Below, one piece after another: positions 1 through 11,909 of a stretch of DNA of 64,000 nucleotides. A model generated the notes under the pieces. It had not been told where the DNA came from, did not search any database, and saw nothing but the letters and a program-made list of their open reading frames with translations. Source of the DNA: Octopus sinensis (Eukaryota); assembly GCF_006345805.1 (NCBI RefSeq), contig NC_043018.1:5394001-5458000 (forward strand), written 5' to 3'. The translations under genes were made by a program, and so were the position numbers. Each line of letters starts with the position of its first letter. Positions within the stretch are counted from its first letter, which is position 1.

Positions 1-132
1 AGAAGGAGCTTCTACAGGACTAGAACTGTTTCATTAATTTACTCTGCTATGTATTGAGTACCTTATTTACTGTGGTTAACCCCGACTCAACCCGGGATCT
101 ACATATATGTATATATATATATATTATATATA

Positions 133-188
<56 letters not shown>

Positions 189-320
189 AAAAAATGAAGT
201 TCGAAAATGCTGCTGTATTATACAATTTTTAATTTTTATATATACATTATAACATGTTTCAGTTCCTGAAATGAACCTTATCAAAAAAAGTTATATATTA
301 TATATATATAATATATATAT

Positions 321-760
321 AGGCGCAGGAGTGACTGTGTTTCTCGGCGTAGGTGTGGCTGTGTGTAAATAGCTTGCTTACCAACCACATGGTTCCAGGT
401 TCAGTCCCATTGCGTAGCAACTTGGGCAAGTATCTTCTACTATAGCCTCGGGCTGACCAAAGCCTTGTGAGTGGATTTGGTAGACGGAAACTGAAAGAAG
501 ACCATCGTATATATGTATATATAGATATATATGTATGTGTGTGTATATGTTTGTGTGGCTGTGTTTGTCCCTTCAACATCGCTTGACAACCGATGGTGGT
601 GTGTTTACCTCCCCGTAACTTAGCGGTTCGGCAAAAGAGACCAATAGAATAAGTACCGGGCTTACAAAGAATAAATCCTGGAGTCGATTTGCTCAACTAA
701 AGGCGGAGCTCCAGCATGGACACAGTCAAATGACTGAAACAAGTAAAAGGTTAAAGAGTA
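321..760 (+). mobile_element. tRNA-derived SINE, family A, full length with internal (TA)n/(TG)n tract
   Basis: A-box-like TGGCTGTGTG, B-box-like GGTTCCAGGTTCAGTCCC, CORE-like (C)CTTGGGCAAGT motif, tail ending GAAACAAGTAAAAG. More than 12 copies in the window. Confidence 0.85.
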
Positions 761-765
761 TACAT

Positions 766-796
<31 letters not shown>

Positions 797-799
797 ATA

Positions 800-1104
800 T
801 AGGCTAGAATTTATCGAAAAACAATTCTATCAATGGCCAGCATATTAAAAGATACCTTTAAAGGTGAAATTTATAAACAATTTATAAGTAAGGGCAAAAG
901 AAAAAAATTCTAATGCCAAAATATGCCGAAAATAGACACAACGTCAATAACCACGTAATTTATCAGTACAAGCACGTGTTTCAAAGAAGGCCGACAGAAA
1001 TTTCTTAAAAAATCCGTTATTACCATATGGGATCCGATTTCAGAGTTAGTTCATAAGAGCCTTCTCTTCATCAGTGATAAATACGGTAAAGTATTAAGTG
1101 AAAT
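800..1104 (-). mobile_element. (TA)n-anchored non-coding element carrying a hammerhead motif (Penelope pLTR- or retrozyme-like)
   Basis: Abuts (TA)n at about 800 and contains the hammerhead fold at 1014-1086. Boundaries approximate. Confidence 0.45.
1014..1086 (-). ncRNA. Type I hammerhead ribozyme candidate
   Basis: Minus strand reads CCGTAT-TTATCA-CTGATGA-AGAG(18 nt)CTCT-GAAA-TCGGATCCCA-TA-TGGTAA-TAACGG. Complete CUGAUGA and GAAA cores, AUA cleavage triplet, all three helices pair. Confidence 0.65.
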
Positions 1105-1938
1105 CGTCTACAGAATTCATATTTTTTCCATCCAAATGATTTTGAAGACTGCGGAATAAATGATAATCAGATGGAGCAATGTCCGGCGAATATGATGTGT
1201 GGGATCCCTTACCAAACAGATAACAATATCTTACGTGGTACCGGTGTTTCTTCTTTCCCTACCCCCAGACTTCGGCGCTTGACATTTTTATAGAAAGAAG
1301 CCATTTCTTGTCACCAGTCAGAATTCGGTCCAAAAAAAGGTTAATTTGTGAGACGTGACTGCAAAGAAATGTACACACTCACTCGCTGCGCGCGATTGGA
1401 ATCGGACAGTTTGTGAAGAACCCATTGACGCAGTTTGCTGACTTTTCCAATGACACGCAGGTGAATGGTCGAATGACCAAGTCGAATCGTCTCTGCTAGT
1501 TCCTCAACAATTACGATGGGATTTTATTTCACCAGAGTTTTCAGAACGTTCTCGGCCACCTCTACAGATCTTCCAGGACAAGACACCTCTTCTACGCTGT
1601 AGCTTCCAGCTCGGAATTTCTAGAACCACCGTTGGCTCTGACTTACGCTTATTGTCCAATCCCCATATGCTGCATTAATATTCGTCGCATTTTCTTTTGC
1701 ATTCTTGCATTGATTGAACTCATAAAGCAAAACATACCGAATATGCTCCTTTGTCATTTTCATTCCAGCTTGGAAAAGATAACTGTTAAAATCGAACTGC
1801 ACTCTTCAAAACTTCCACCAAGAATAAGAAATTCAAGGTAAAACTACGACTTGTTTTTATAGCAAGTTGATGCAGGTAGTTTATCCAGTTTTGTTCCAAC
1901 ATTTTGAAAAAGCCGCATTATTTATGGGATGATCCAAT
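1105..1938 (-). pseudogene. Mariner transposase remnant, internally deleted, one TIR
   Basis: KEHIRYVLLYEF...YG...VS..QRWF HTH start, TGDKKW, RKILLSVW joined directly to SYSPDIAPSDYHLFRSLQNHL (second catalytic D region deleted). TIR ATTGGATCATCCCATAAATAATGCGG at 1913-1938. Confidence 0.85.
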
Positions 1939-2046
1939 TTATATATATATATATATAATTATTATTTGAGGGAATATTATTCCTAACTTACAGGGAAAAA
2001 ATTCAAATGAGAAATATTAAATCAAATTTCACAAAATATAATATGT

Positions 2047-2410
2047 ATATATACAGTAAATTAGAAAAAAAACACCTTTTATCAATTCAAAATGAACAAA
2101 TAAATTACACCATCTAGAAAATTAGATATAACAGAAATAGAAATATTAAAAATAAAATAATAAAATACCGATGATTAAGTAAATTGCAAAATAATAATAA
2201 AAATGTGAGATAATAATAAAAACGTATATATTTGGTGTATATTTGGTATACCAAATATATACGTTTTTATTATTATTTTGCAATTTACTTAATCATTGGT
2301 ATTTTATTGTTATTTTATTTTTAATAAAATATGTAATTTTTTAGATGGTGTAATTTAATTGTTCATTTTGAATTGATAAAAGGTGTTTTTTTTCTAATTT
2401 ATATATATAC
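2047..2410. repeat. AT-rich imperfect palindrome (fold-back)
   Basis: Arms of about 180 bp are reverse complements around the centre GGTA|TACC at 2248/2249. Confidence 0.85.
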
Positions 2411-2689
2411 GTGTATGTAATGTATGTATATATCATTTTTGACTAATCCCACATACAGACACACACACACTTGTATTACGGTACATAGCTACACTCCTCC
2501 CCCACCCACCATGTATACTATACAACAAACATACAACAGCGTTTTTCTGTTCTTTCATTTTTTAGTGGCAAAATAATTCCAATGTTTTTTCTCACAGACT
2601 TCATTTTTGAAATTCAATTCAAACTTATGTTTACTTTTGAAAACTAATTGCTTTAGCTTTTTTCGTCGTTGGTGGTAACAGCTCTTTCA

Positions 2690-2892
2690 CATAAATTGGT
2701 GTGTGTATATATATGTGTGTGTGTATGTGTGTGTGTGTGTGTGTGTGTGTCTGTGTGTGTGTGCTTGTGCACTTATGCTTGTTCGTGTATGTGCGCATTT
2801 GCATGTGCGTGCGCGTATATATGTGTATATATATATATATATGTATATGTATATGTATGATATATTCATATGCACTCATATTTTCTACGTGC

Positions 2893-2985
<93 letters not shown>

Positions 2986-3010
2986 ATGTATGTATATATA
3001 TATATCTATG

Positions 3011-3053
<43 letters not shown>

Positions 3054-5077
3054 ATATGTATATATATAAATATGCATATATATGTGTGTGTGTGTTCATA
3101 CAGTCATATACAAGCATGTATTTTTGTAAGCGTATATATGTGAATATATGTATGTTTACATATGTGTATGCAAATATATATAACAAGTGTATATGCTTGT
3201 GTTTGTGTGTTTGTGTGTGCATAAATGGAAAACAAATGCTCATGATCAACAGAATTCTGCATTCACATAAAAGAACACAAACACACATACATACATACAT
3301 ACATACATACATGCATGCATACATACAGACATACACACACATACACACATGAAAATGAAGCACTCCGTCGGTTACGACGACGAGGGTTCCGGTTGATCCG
3401 ATCAACGGAACAGCCTGCTCGTGAAATTAACGTGTAAGTGGCTGAGCACTCCACAGACACGTGTACCCTTAACGTAATTCTCGGGGATATTCAGCGTGAC
3501 ACAGAGAGTGACAAGGCCGGCCCCTTGAAATACAGGTACAACAGAAACAGGAAGTAAGAGTGAGAGAAAGTTGTGGTGAAAGAGTACAGCAGGGATCACC
3601 ACCATCCCCTGCCGGAGCGTCGTGGAGCTTTAGGTGTTTTCGCTCAATAAACACTCACAACGCCCGGTCTGGGAATCGAAACCGCAATCCTACGACCGCG
3701 AGTTCGCTGCCCTAACCACTGGGCCATTGCGCCTCCACCATACACACATACATACATACTTACATACATATATACATACATACATTACATATATATACAT
3801 ACATACATACACACATACACACATACATACATACATACATACATACATACATACACACACACATACATACATACATACATACATACATACATACCTACAT
3901 ACATATAGACATACATACATGCATGCATACATACATACATGCATGCATACATATATACATACATACATACATACATACATACATACATACATACATACAT
4001 GCATACATACATACGTATACACACACATGTGTATGTATGTGTGTGTGTGTGTGTGTGGCTACTGTGTTATGTAGCAACAGGTATGCATTAAGTGCTGAAA
4101 ATGCTGGGGCTTTCCATAAAAGATGAAACCGAATTAATTTTTGAGAAACTAGAGGGTTAATCATGGAGTGAAACTTTGTACAACATTCCAGGGATTCTCC
4201 ATTTGAGGTTCCTGGATTGCAAATACGCGTACAATCACCTGCATATATGGAACACACACATACATACATATACACACACACACACACACATACACAAACA
4301 TTAAAGAGGCGACGTGTGTAACCACTGCATGAGTGTAAATTTATCCACACACGCACACACTTACACACACATGCCTGCATACACGCACATAAGCATACTC
4401 ATGCACGTACATACGCACATAGTCACACATACGCACGCACATGCGGGCATATACGTAAACACACACATACTACACATATACATATGCACTCACACACACA
4501 CAAACACACACATACATACACACGGATGCACACATAGACACACACGCGAACATATGTGCACACACACGTACGTACGCGTACGCACACACATATGCATACA
4601 TGCTCATATATGCACACGCGCAAATAGATACACACAAGCTCACACACATACACGTACATACACATACACACGCACATGCGCACACATGCGCACAGACACA
4701 CTTGCTACACATATGTGTAAATGTATATGCGTGTGTGTGTGTTTGTGTGTGTGTGCGTGCATATGTATATGTGTAGTATGTGTGTGTACGTATATGTGCG
4801 CATGTGCGTGTGTATGTGTATGTACGTTTATGTGTGTATTATGTGCGCGTGTGTGCGTATATATGCGCGTAATCTTCGTGTATAAGCATGTGTGCATATG
4901 TGTGTGCGTATGCGTATGTACATGTTTGTGCAAATATGTGCGTGCGTGTATGTATGTGTGCGTCCGTGTGTATGTGTGTATAATGTGTGATATGGACTCA
5001 CACACACACACAAACACACACACACAAACACACACACACACACACACACACAGAAACACACACACACACATACACAC

Positions 5078-5140
<63 letters not shown>
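2690..5140. repeat. Compound microsatellite field (TG/CA, TA, TATC, TACA)
   Basis: Visible directly; interrupted by the SINE at 3360-3738. Confidence 0.95.
3360..3738 (-). mobile_element. tRNA-derived SINE, family B (tail type i)
   Basis: Head GTGGAGGCGCAATGGCCCAGTGGTTAGGGCAGCG...GGTTTCGATTCCC. Matches the copy at 49603-49972. Confidence 0.85.
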
Positions 5141-5142
<2 letters not shown>

Positions 5143-5719
5143 CCAATGTATTCACAGAATGACAATCCCCAAGAGCTGTTTTGACTGAAACACAGCAGCC
5201 TTGTCCCTTTGACAATGGCCGGCTTGAATTCTGCAAATGAAAAATTTAAATAAATCCCAAAATAATAAATACATTACATATATATATATACACATATTAC
5301 ATTCGCACTTTATGTACATATATAAATACTTATACAACATATACATAGACATAAATATAGTGATACATTGCCCATATAAATTACATACATATATACATAA
5401 ATACTTATAAAAGATTGCTTGTAACGAAATCTAACGTAAATAAGGAAATTAGTTGAAAGCAGATCCAATCCTTTGGGAATTGAAACCCGCACTCTTTGGC
5501 TGCTGTCCTCCTTTAAACCACTGATTTACATAACGTTCTCAGTCACCCTTTACGTTTTCAACAATTGAAGCTTTGATATTCTGATGTCATAGATGCTATT
5601 TCGTAAGAAACTCAACAGATGGCTTCACTGTTCAAATCTTTCGTCAGGTCTTTCGTTCCGTTTCCATTTGTCTGTTTGTTTTTGTATTTGCATTTTATTC
5701 TCAAGAACGAACTGCAAAT

Positions 5720-6131
5720 GACCGGGTCATCAGCGTCCCCAAAGTCCATCCCCTCCTCACCGTGGTGGGGACGCTGGCAACGGGTAGTGTCAGAGCTATG
5801 CCGTCGGGAACTTCGGTTCCTGGTAGGGCCACCCAAGGCGGATTGGTCTGACACCGAGTGGTATTAGGGCCACAACCCGCAGACCCAATTCTGGTGAAAA
5901 TCCTCGGAGTGTCTGCTTCGGCAACCGGCGGCTCCTCGGTCGTTCTGTCCCTGCGTCTGCGGACAAACTGCGGCAAACAGGATGTCTCTACATGCGGGAT
6001 TGTTGGGGACCGCTTGTAAAATCCACATATTCCCACGAAACTTCTTCGATGCCTCGAGGGTGGTAGAAGAAGCCGACTCAACCCGCCCAGGGTGAATGTC
6101 GCCACAAGTACAAGTAAGACCGGGTCATCAG
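5720..6131 (-). mobile_element. GC-rich remnant, possibly Ty3/gypsy pol-derived
   Basis: RRSFVGICGFYKR resembles the gypsy RT/RNaseH junction RSFLGxxGxYRR. Bounded by a 14-bp direct repeat GACCGGGTCATCAG. Confidence 0.3.
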
Positions 6132-6243
6132 AGTGTTGAATAGCATATGGTGAGGTACAGGTTTCGTATTTGACTGTCGCCTGTTCTTTACAGTGCGTCC
6201 TTAAGGAAGGCCTTTAACTTATCAATAAACGTATCAAAGAAAG

Positions 6244-7131
6244 CTGGCAAGGGGGCAGATTCGCTAGCACGCGGGACAAAAATGCTTTGCGGTATTTCGT
6301 CTGCCCTTACATTCTGCGTTCAGATTTCGTTCAGATTCTACCAGGGTCGATTTTACCTTTCATCCTTTCGGGGTCGATGAAATAAGTACCAGTGGAGCAC
6401 TGGGATCAATATAATTGACTATTCTCCTCCCGCAAAATTTCTGAAATTGTGCCAATATTTGAAACCAATAACATATTAAGGTCTGCTTGTGAATAGTTAC
6501 TGCGAGCAAGGCGGCGAGCTAGCAGAATCGTTAGCACGCCAGGCGAAATGCGTAGCCGTATTTCGTCTGCCGTTACGTTGTGAGTTCAAATTCCGCTAAG
6601 GTCGAGTTGGTATTTATTTTATCGATCCCAAAAGCATGAAAGGCCAATTTGACCACAGCGGAATTTTAACTCAGAACGTAAAGACGGACGAAATACCTAT
6701 TTCTTTACTACCCACAAGGGGCTACACACAGAGGGGACAAACAAGGACAGACAAACGGATTAAGTCGATTACATCAACCCGAGTGCGTAAATGGTACTTA
6801 ATTTATCGACCTCGAAGGGATGAAAGGCAAAGTCCACCACGGCGGAATTTGAACTCGGAATGTAACGGCAGACAAAATACGGATACACATTTCGCCCGGC
6901 GTGCTAACGTTTCTGCCAGCTCGCCGCCTTTGATATCAACTTAATAAAGGTTTCAAATTTTGGCACAAGGCCAGCAATTTTAGGAGGGGGTTAAGTCGAT
7001 TACATCGATCCCATCGACCCCCAAAGGTTGAAAACAAAATTGACCTCGGTGAAATTTGAACTCTGAAAGCAAAAATTGACGAAATTTCGCTAAGCATTTT
7101 ACCCGGTCTGCTAACGATTCTGCCAGCTCGC
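6244..7131. mobile_element. Cluster of SINE family C copies on both strands
   Basis: Copies at 6244-6467 (+), 6507-6608 (+), 6608-6698 (-), 6699-6930 (-) and 6946-7131 (-). Motifs GGCGAGCTGGCAGAA, GAGTTCAAATTCCGCCGAGGTCGAC, GCCTTTCATCCTTTCGGGGTCGATAAA. Confidence 0.85.
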
Positions 7132-7799
7132 AATCTTAAGCGATAAAATATACCGTTACAAGTTCTGTATTCGTTCTTTGATGAAATATTTAATGTTCCT
7201 TCCCAGTATGCATTTCAGCAGCCCCCTTTTCTCCTACTTCATGGGGTTACGGAACCACTGACTCGCCGCCTATGTCTTTGTGTAATATATCCTCGGCCAT
7301 AGGGGATATATTCGGTAACAATAATATATTAAGTGTGCTCCATTGCTTTAGAAGGAGTTTCTAATAAACTTAAAGCTGTTCCTGTCAAAAGAGAAGTTGT
7401 ACGCATTATTTGTAAAGTTCGCCAAACGTGGAAAATGGTGGCCATATTTAAGTGGATGAACAACAGGAAGAACGATAAGCGGTTCTACAGTTGGGTTCTT
7501 CCAACGAACTCTCCACGTATAAAATGGCGGATTTCCATCCAAGCAATACATCCAAGCAACTTGGTAAAATACTTATGCTATCCAAAGGGGAAAAGAGATA
7601 GGCAAGGAGAGAAGGAGAGAAAAGGGAGAAAGAGAAAGAGAGAGGGAGAAAGAGAGAGAGAGAGAGGGAGAGAGAGAGAAGGAGAGAAGAGGTTGTAGAA
7701 ATATGGAGAAAAGAGGTGTCTGGTGTTGCACTTAAACGTTCGTTCTTAAATATCAGACATATTTGAAAAGTGATTAAAGGAAGAAAAAAAAAGCCCAGT

Positions 7800-7806
7800 G
7801 CGATCA

Positions 7807-7898
<92 letters not shown>

Positions 7899-8520
7899 GT
7901 CTATCCGTCTATCTGTTTGTCTATATCTCTATCTGCCTGAGTGTATGTCTCTCTCTCTTTCTCTCTTTCTCTTTTTATCTATCTATTTATCTATCTGTCT
8001 GTCTGTCTGTCTATCTCTCTGTCTGCCTGAGTATATATATATATATAATATAATATATATATATATATATATATACATATATCTGTCTATCTATCTATCT
8101 GCCTGTCTGTATGTATCACTCTTTCTGTCTGTCTCCCTCCCTTTCAATCTATCTGTCTATTTGTTTATCTATCAACCCATCTTTTTATATATTTCACATT
8201 CATCCGCCTGTCACCTTACTTAGTTTCTTTAACTTTCTGGATATGAGCGCGCGCGGGCGCGCGTGTGTAAGCACCCACACACATTCACACTTGCACGGAA
8301 CGAACGAAATAGCCCCATGCAACGAATTATATTTATTCTAATGTAATACATAATATTATTCTCGACGTCTAAGTTCGCCTTGAGTTTATAACTGGCTTGT
8401 CACACACACACACACACACACACACGCACGCACACGAACACACACACACGCACACACACACGCACACGCACACACACACAAACACACACACACACACATG
8501 GTGATGTGTGTGTGTGTGTC
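7800..8520. repeat. (TATC)n, (TA)n and (CA)n microsatellites
   Basis: Visible directly. Confidence 0.95.
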
Positions 8521-8525
8521 TGTGT

Positions 8526-8665
8526 TGGCTGTGTGGTAAGTAGCTTGCTAACCAACCACATGGTTCCGGGTGACATCTTGGGCAAGTGTCTTCTGCTATA
8601 GCCCCGGGCCGACCAATGCATTGTGAGTGGATTTGGTAGACGGAAACCGAAAGAAGCCTCTCGTA

Positions 8666-8738
<73 letters not shown>

Positions 8739-9005
8739 TTGTGTGTCTGTGTTTGTCCCCCTAGCATTGCTTGACAACCGATGCTGGTGTGTTTACGTCC
8801 CCGTAACTTAGAGGTTCGGCAAAAGAGACCGATAGAATAAGTACTGGGCTTACAAAGAATAAGTCCCGGGGTCGATTTGCTCGACTAAAGGCGGTGCTCC
8901 AGCATGGCCGCATTCAAATGACTGAAACAAGTAAAACAGTAAAACAGTATATACATACATAGGCGCAGGAGTGGCTGTGTGGTAAGTAGCTTGTTTACCA
9001 ACCAC
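8526..9005 (+). mobile_element. SINE family A, full copy plus a second head fragment (8960-9005)
   Basis: Colinear with 321-760. Confidence 0.85.
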
Positions 9006-9194
9006 GCCACACCCTGTATAATACGATTTAATTGATCGTAGTTTCAAGGTATCGAGTCCAAAAGAATAAATAGTAAAGCCGATCCGGGTGATATTTGAAC
9101 GTAGAAGAGAAAGAGCCGGATGAAATGCCACTACGCATTTTGTTCGACGCACTAACGAATCTTCCAGTTTGTTGCCTTTAAGCAATAGTAGTTT

Positions 9195-9880
9195 CTACTA
9201 TGAGCACAAGATCTGAAATTTTGGTAGAGGAGTATATTCGGATCTTTTCGGTTTGAACGGCAGTTTTTAACATAATTTCCAGGTAACTACAAAATTTTAA
9301 ACTTCCTGTACTGGTAGAATGTGTTTATAAAATATCTTTCTTCTCTTGGCTTTATTGAGAAAATTCTATAGTTTGTAAGATATTTGTTGTTTTTTCTTCG
9401 ATTTCTGCAATGTCAACCAATCAATGACGTATATTGAGGTAAAAAACATTCTGTGCCGTATGAATATGTCCCTCGTTTAAGAAACAGATTAGGTTTATTT
9501 ACATTTCTGAAGAATAAAAAGATACCCTTCCCCCCACCCCTAACCCTAATCCTAAAATAGATTGAAATGCAATAGATCGATACTAGGGTCATAATTATGG
9601 GTGACAATTTCATATGACACCGCTAGAAAAAACTGCCGTTCAAACCGAAAGGATCCTAAATTTGTAATCCGGATATAGAAGCTGAGGGTTTCGAAGCAGC
9701 TGTCATCAGTTATCTTCTTTTTGTTCAAACCGAAAAGATCCGTATATTCGATTACATCGATCCCAGTGCTCAACTGGTCTTTATTCCATCGACTTCGAAA
9801 GGACCAAAGGCGAAGCAGGAAGAAATCTGCTAAGCAACTTTGTCCGACGCGCTAACGATTCTGCCAACTTGTCGCCTTAA
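9195..9880 (-). mobile_element. SINE family C split by a MITE
   Basis: SINE sequence ...GGAGTATATTC|GATTACATCGATCCCAGT resumes after the MITE. Confidence 0.7.
9240..9741 (+). mobile_element. MITE family D, copy 1 (double right end)
   Basis: 29-bp TIR GGATCTTTTCGGTTTGAACGGCAGTTTTT; inner right TIR ends at 9656, outer at 9741. TSD GTATATTC at 9232-9239 and 9742-9749. Confidence 0.9.
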
Positions 9881-10042
9881 AAACAAAAAGAAAAGAATAA
9901 TAAAATATAAAGAAAGGAAAGATTGATCATAAAATTTATTGCAAGTTCTCACTCTCTCTTCTCTCTTTCTCTCACTCTCTCCTATTCAATCACCCCCTCT
10001 CGTTTTTCCTTTCTCCTTTCTCCCCTCCAGTTTCTTTTTTGC

Positions 10043-10074
<32 letters not shown>

Positions 10075-10544
10075 GCTCTCCATCTCAGTCATCTCCCGCT
10101 ATCACCACTTCTTTATTACTTTCCCTGTCTCCTTCCTCCTCCTCCTCCTCCTCCTCCTCTCCCTCTTCCTCCCTTCCTCCTCCTTAGCCTTCTACCTCCT
10201 CCCCTTCCAACCATGGCTCAATGTGTGAAATATAATGTTACTGCAATAATTCTCTTGTGAGAATTTGAGAATTTCACAAACTGTTATTGAAGACGGAGGA
10301 ATGTTCTTTCTCAGCAAATATAAGCAGCAACAACAACAACAACAACAACAAGCACAATAAAAACAACTGCAAGCATAACAGCAATTATAGAAACAGCATT
10401 AATAATGGTATCGAATCGGACAAAATGCCGCTCAGCATTTTGTCCGCTTTTACGTTCTTTGTTCAAAGTCCCACTGATCTTGACTTTGCCGTTCATTAAA
10501 ATAAATACCGGTCAAGCACTGGGGTCAATGTAATCGACTTTTTA

Positions 10545-11141
10545 AGGTGGCGAGTTGGCAGAAACGTTAGCACGCCGGACGAAATGCCTAGCGGTATTTC
10601 ATCTGCCGTTACGTTCTGAGTTCAAATTCCGCCGAGGTCGACTTTGCCTTTCATCCTTTCGGGGTCGATAAATTAAGTACCAGTTACGCACTGGGGTCGA
10701 TGTAATCGACTTAATACCTATATCTGTCCTTGTTTGTCCCCTCTATGTTTAGCCCTTTGTGGGTAATAAAGAAATAGGTATTTCATTTGCCGTTACGTTC
10801 TGAGTTCAAATTCCGCCGAGGTCGACTTTGCCTTTCATCCTTTCGGGGTCGATTAAATAAGTACCAGTTACGCACCAGTGCGTATAATCGACTTAATCCG
10901 TTTGTCTGTCCTTGTTTGTCCTCTCTGTGTTTAGCCCCTTGTGGGTAATAAAGAATTTGGTATTTCATCTGCCGTTATGTTCTGAGTTCAAATTCCGCCG
11001 AGGTCGACTTTTCCTTTCATCCTTTCGGGGTCGATTAATTAAGTACCAATTAATCACTGGGATCGATGTAATCAACTTAATCCCCTTGTCTGTCCTTGTT
11101 TGTTCACTTTATGTTTAGGCCCCTGTGGGTAATAAAGAAAT
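10545..11141 (+). mobile_element. Tandem trimer of SINE family C
   Basis: One headed unit followed by two ~180-bp head-truncated units beginning GGTATTTC.T.TGCCGTTA. Confidence 0.85.
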
Positions 11142-11194
11142 AAGCGTAATCAACTTACACTCATCACCGAAATTGTTGGTCTTGGGTCAAAATT

Positions 11195-11650
11195 TGAAAC
11201 CAATAATAGTATTGATACCAATGTTCTCAAAACTTGAGTGATACTTAATTCATTGACCCTGGGAAAATGAAAGGCAAAGTTGACCTCGGTGGGATTTGAA
11301 AACAGAACATAATGACCCAGAAGAAGTAGATTTATAATGATATATGACAACACAATAATCCTTTCTATAATAGACACAAGGCCTGAAGTTTTGGTGGAGG
11401 GGACTAGTCGATTACACCGACCCCAGAATTTCACTGGTACTTAATTTATTGACTCCGAAAGGTAGAAAGGTAAAGTCAACCTTCGGCAGAATTTGGACCC
11501 AGAACGTAGCGGCAGGCGAAATACCGCTAAGGACGGACCTCCAGCGTGCTACCGATACGTTTCTCCTCTAGGCACAAGGCCTGAAATTTTGGGGAGGGGG
11601 GAACCATTCAATTAGATCGACCCAGTATGCAACTGGTACTTAATTTATTA
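11195..11650 (-). mobile_element. Three partial SINE family C copies
   Basis: Repeated GGCACAAGGCCTGAA...TCGATTA...CCCAG...GGTACTTAATTTAT. Confidence 0.7.
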
Positions 11651-11792
11651 CATGAAGATATTTCGCTACTGCCCCTGTTACTTGCCCTTGCCAAGCTTTG
11701 AGTTATACTGTAACATCTATTATCCTTCACTCGCCCAAGGACGCTGGGTTTGTCTCGGCGAGTGATTGTAACAAACATGCAGATTAAAAGTA

Positions 11793-11849
<57 letters not shown>

Positions 11850-11852
11850 CAA

Positions 11853-11908
<56 letters not shown>

Positions 11909-11909
<1 letters not shown>

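Noticed and set aside
3660-3738. tRNA gene (also other SINE heads)
   Set aside because: A and B boxes are present but the heads run into SINE bodies, and no full cloverleaf could be folded.
4314-5236. Long ORFs such as 282 aa and 198 aa; likewise 50823-51575, 55727-56371 and 60713-61650
   Set aside because: They are translations of di- and tetranucleotide microsatellites that lack stop codons.
5590-5650. CTGACGA...GAAA on the minus strand
   Set aside because: G at the cleavage position and no helix I.
9670-9720. Hammerhead in the MITE extension (CTGATGA...CGAAAC on the minus strand)
   Set aside because: Helix II and III do not pair and there is no correctly placed NUH triplet.
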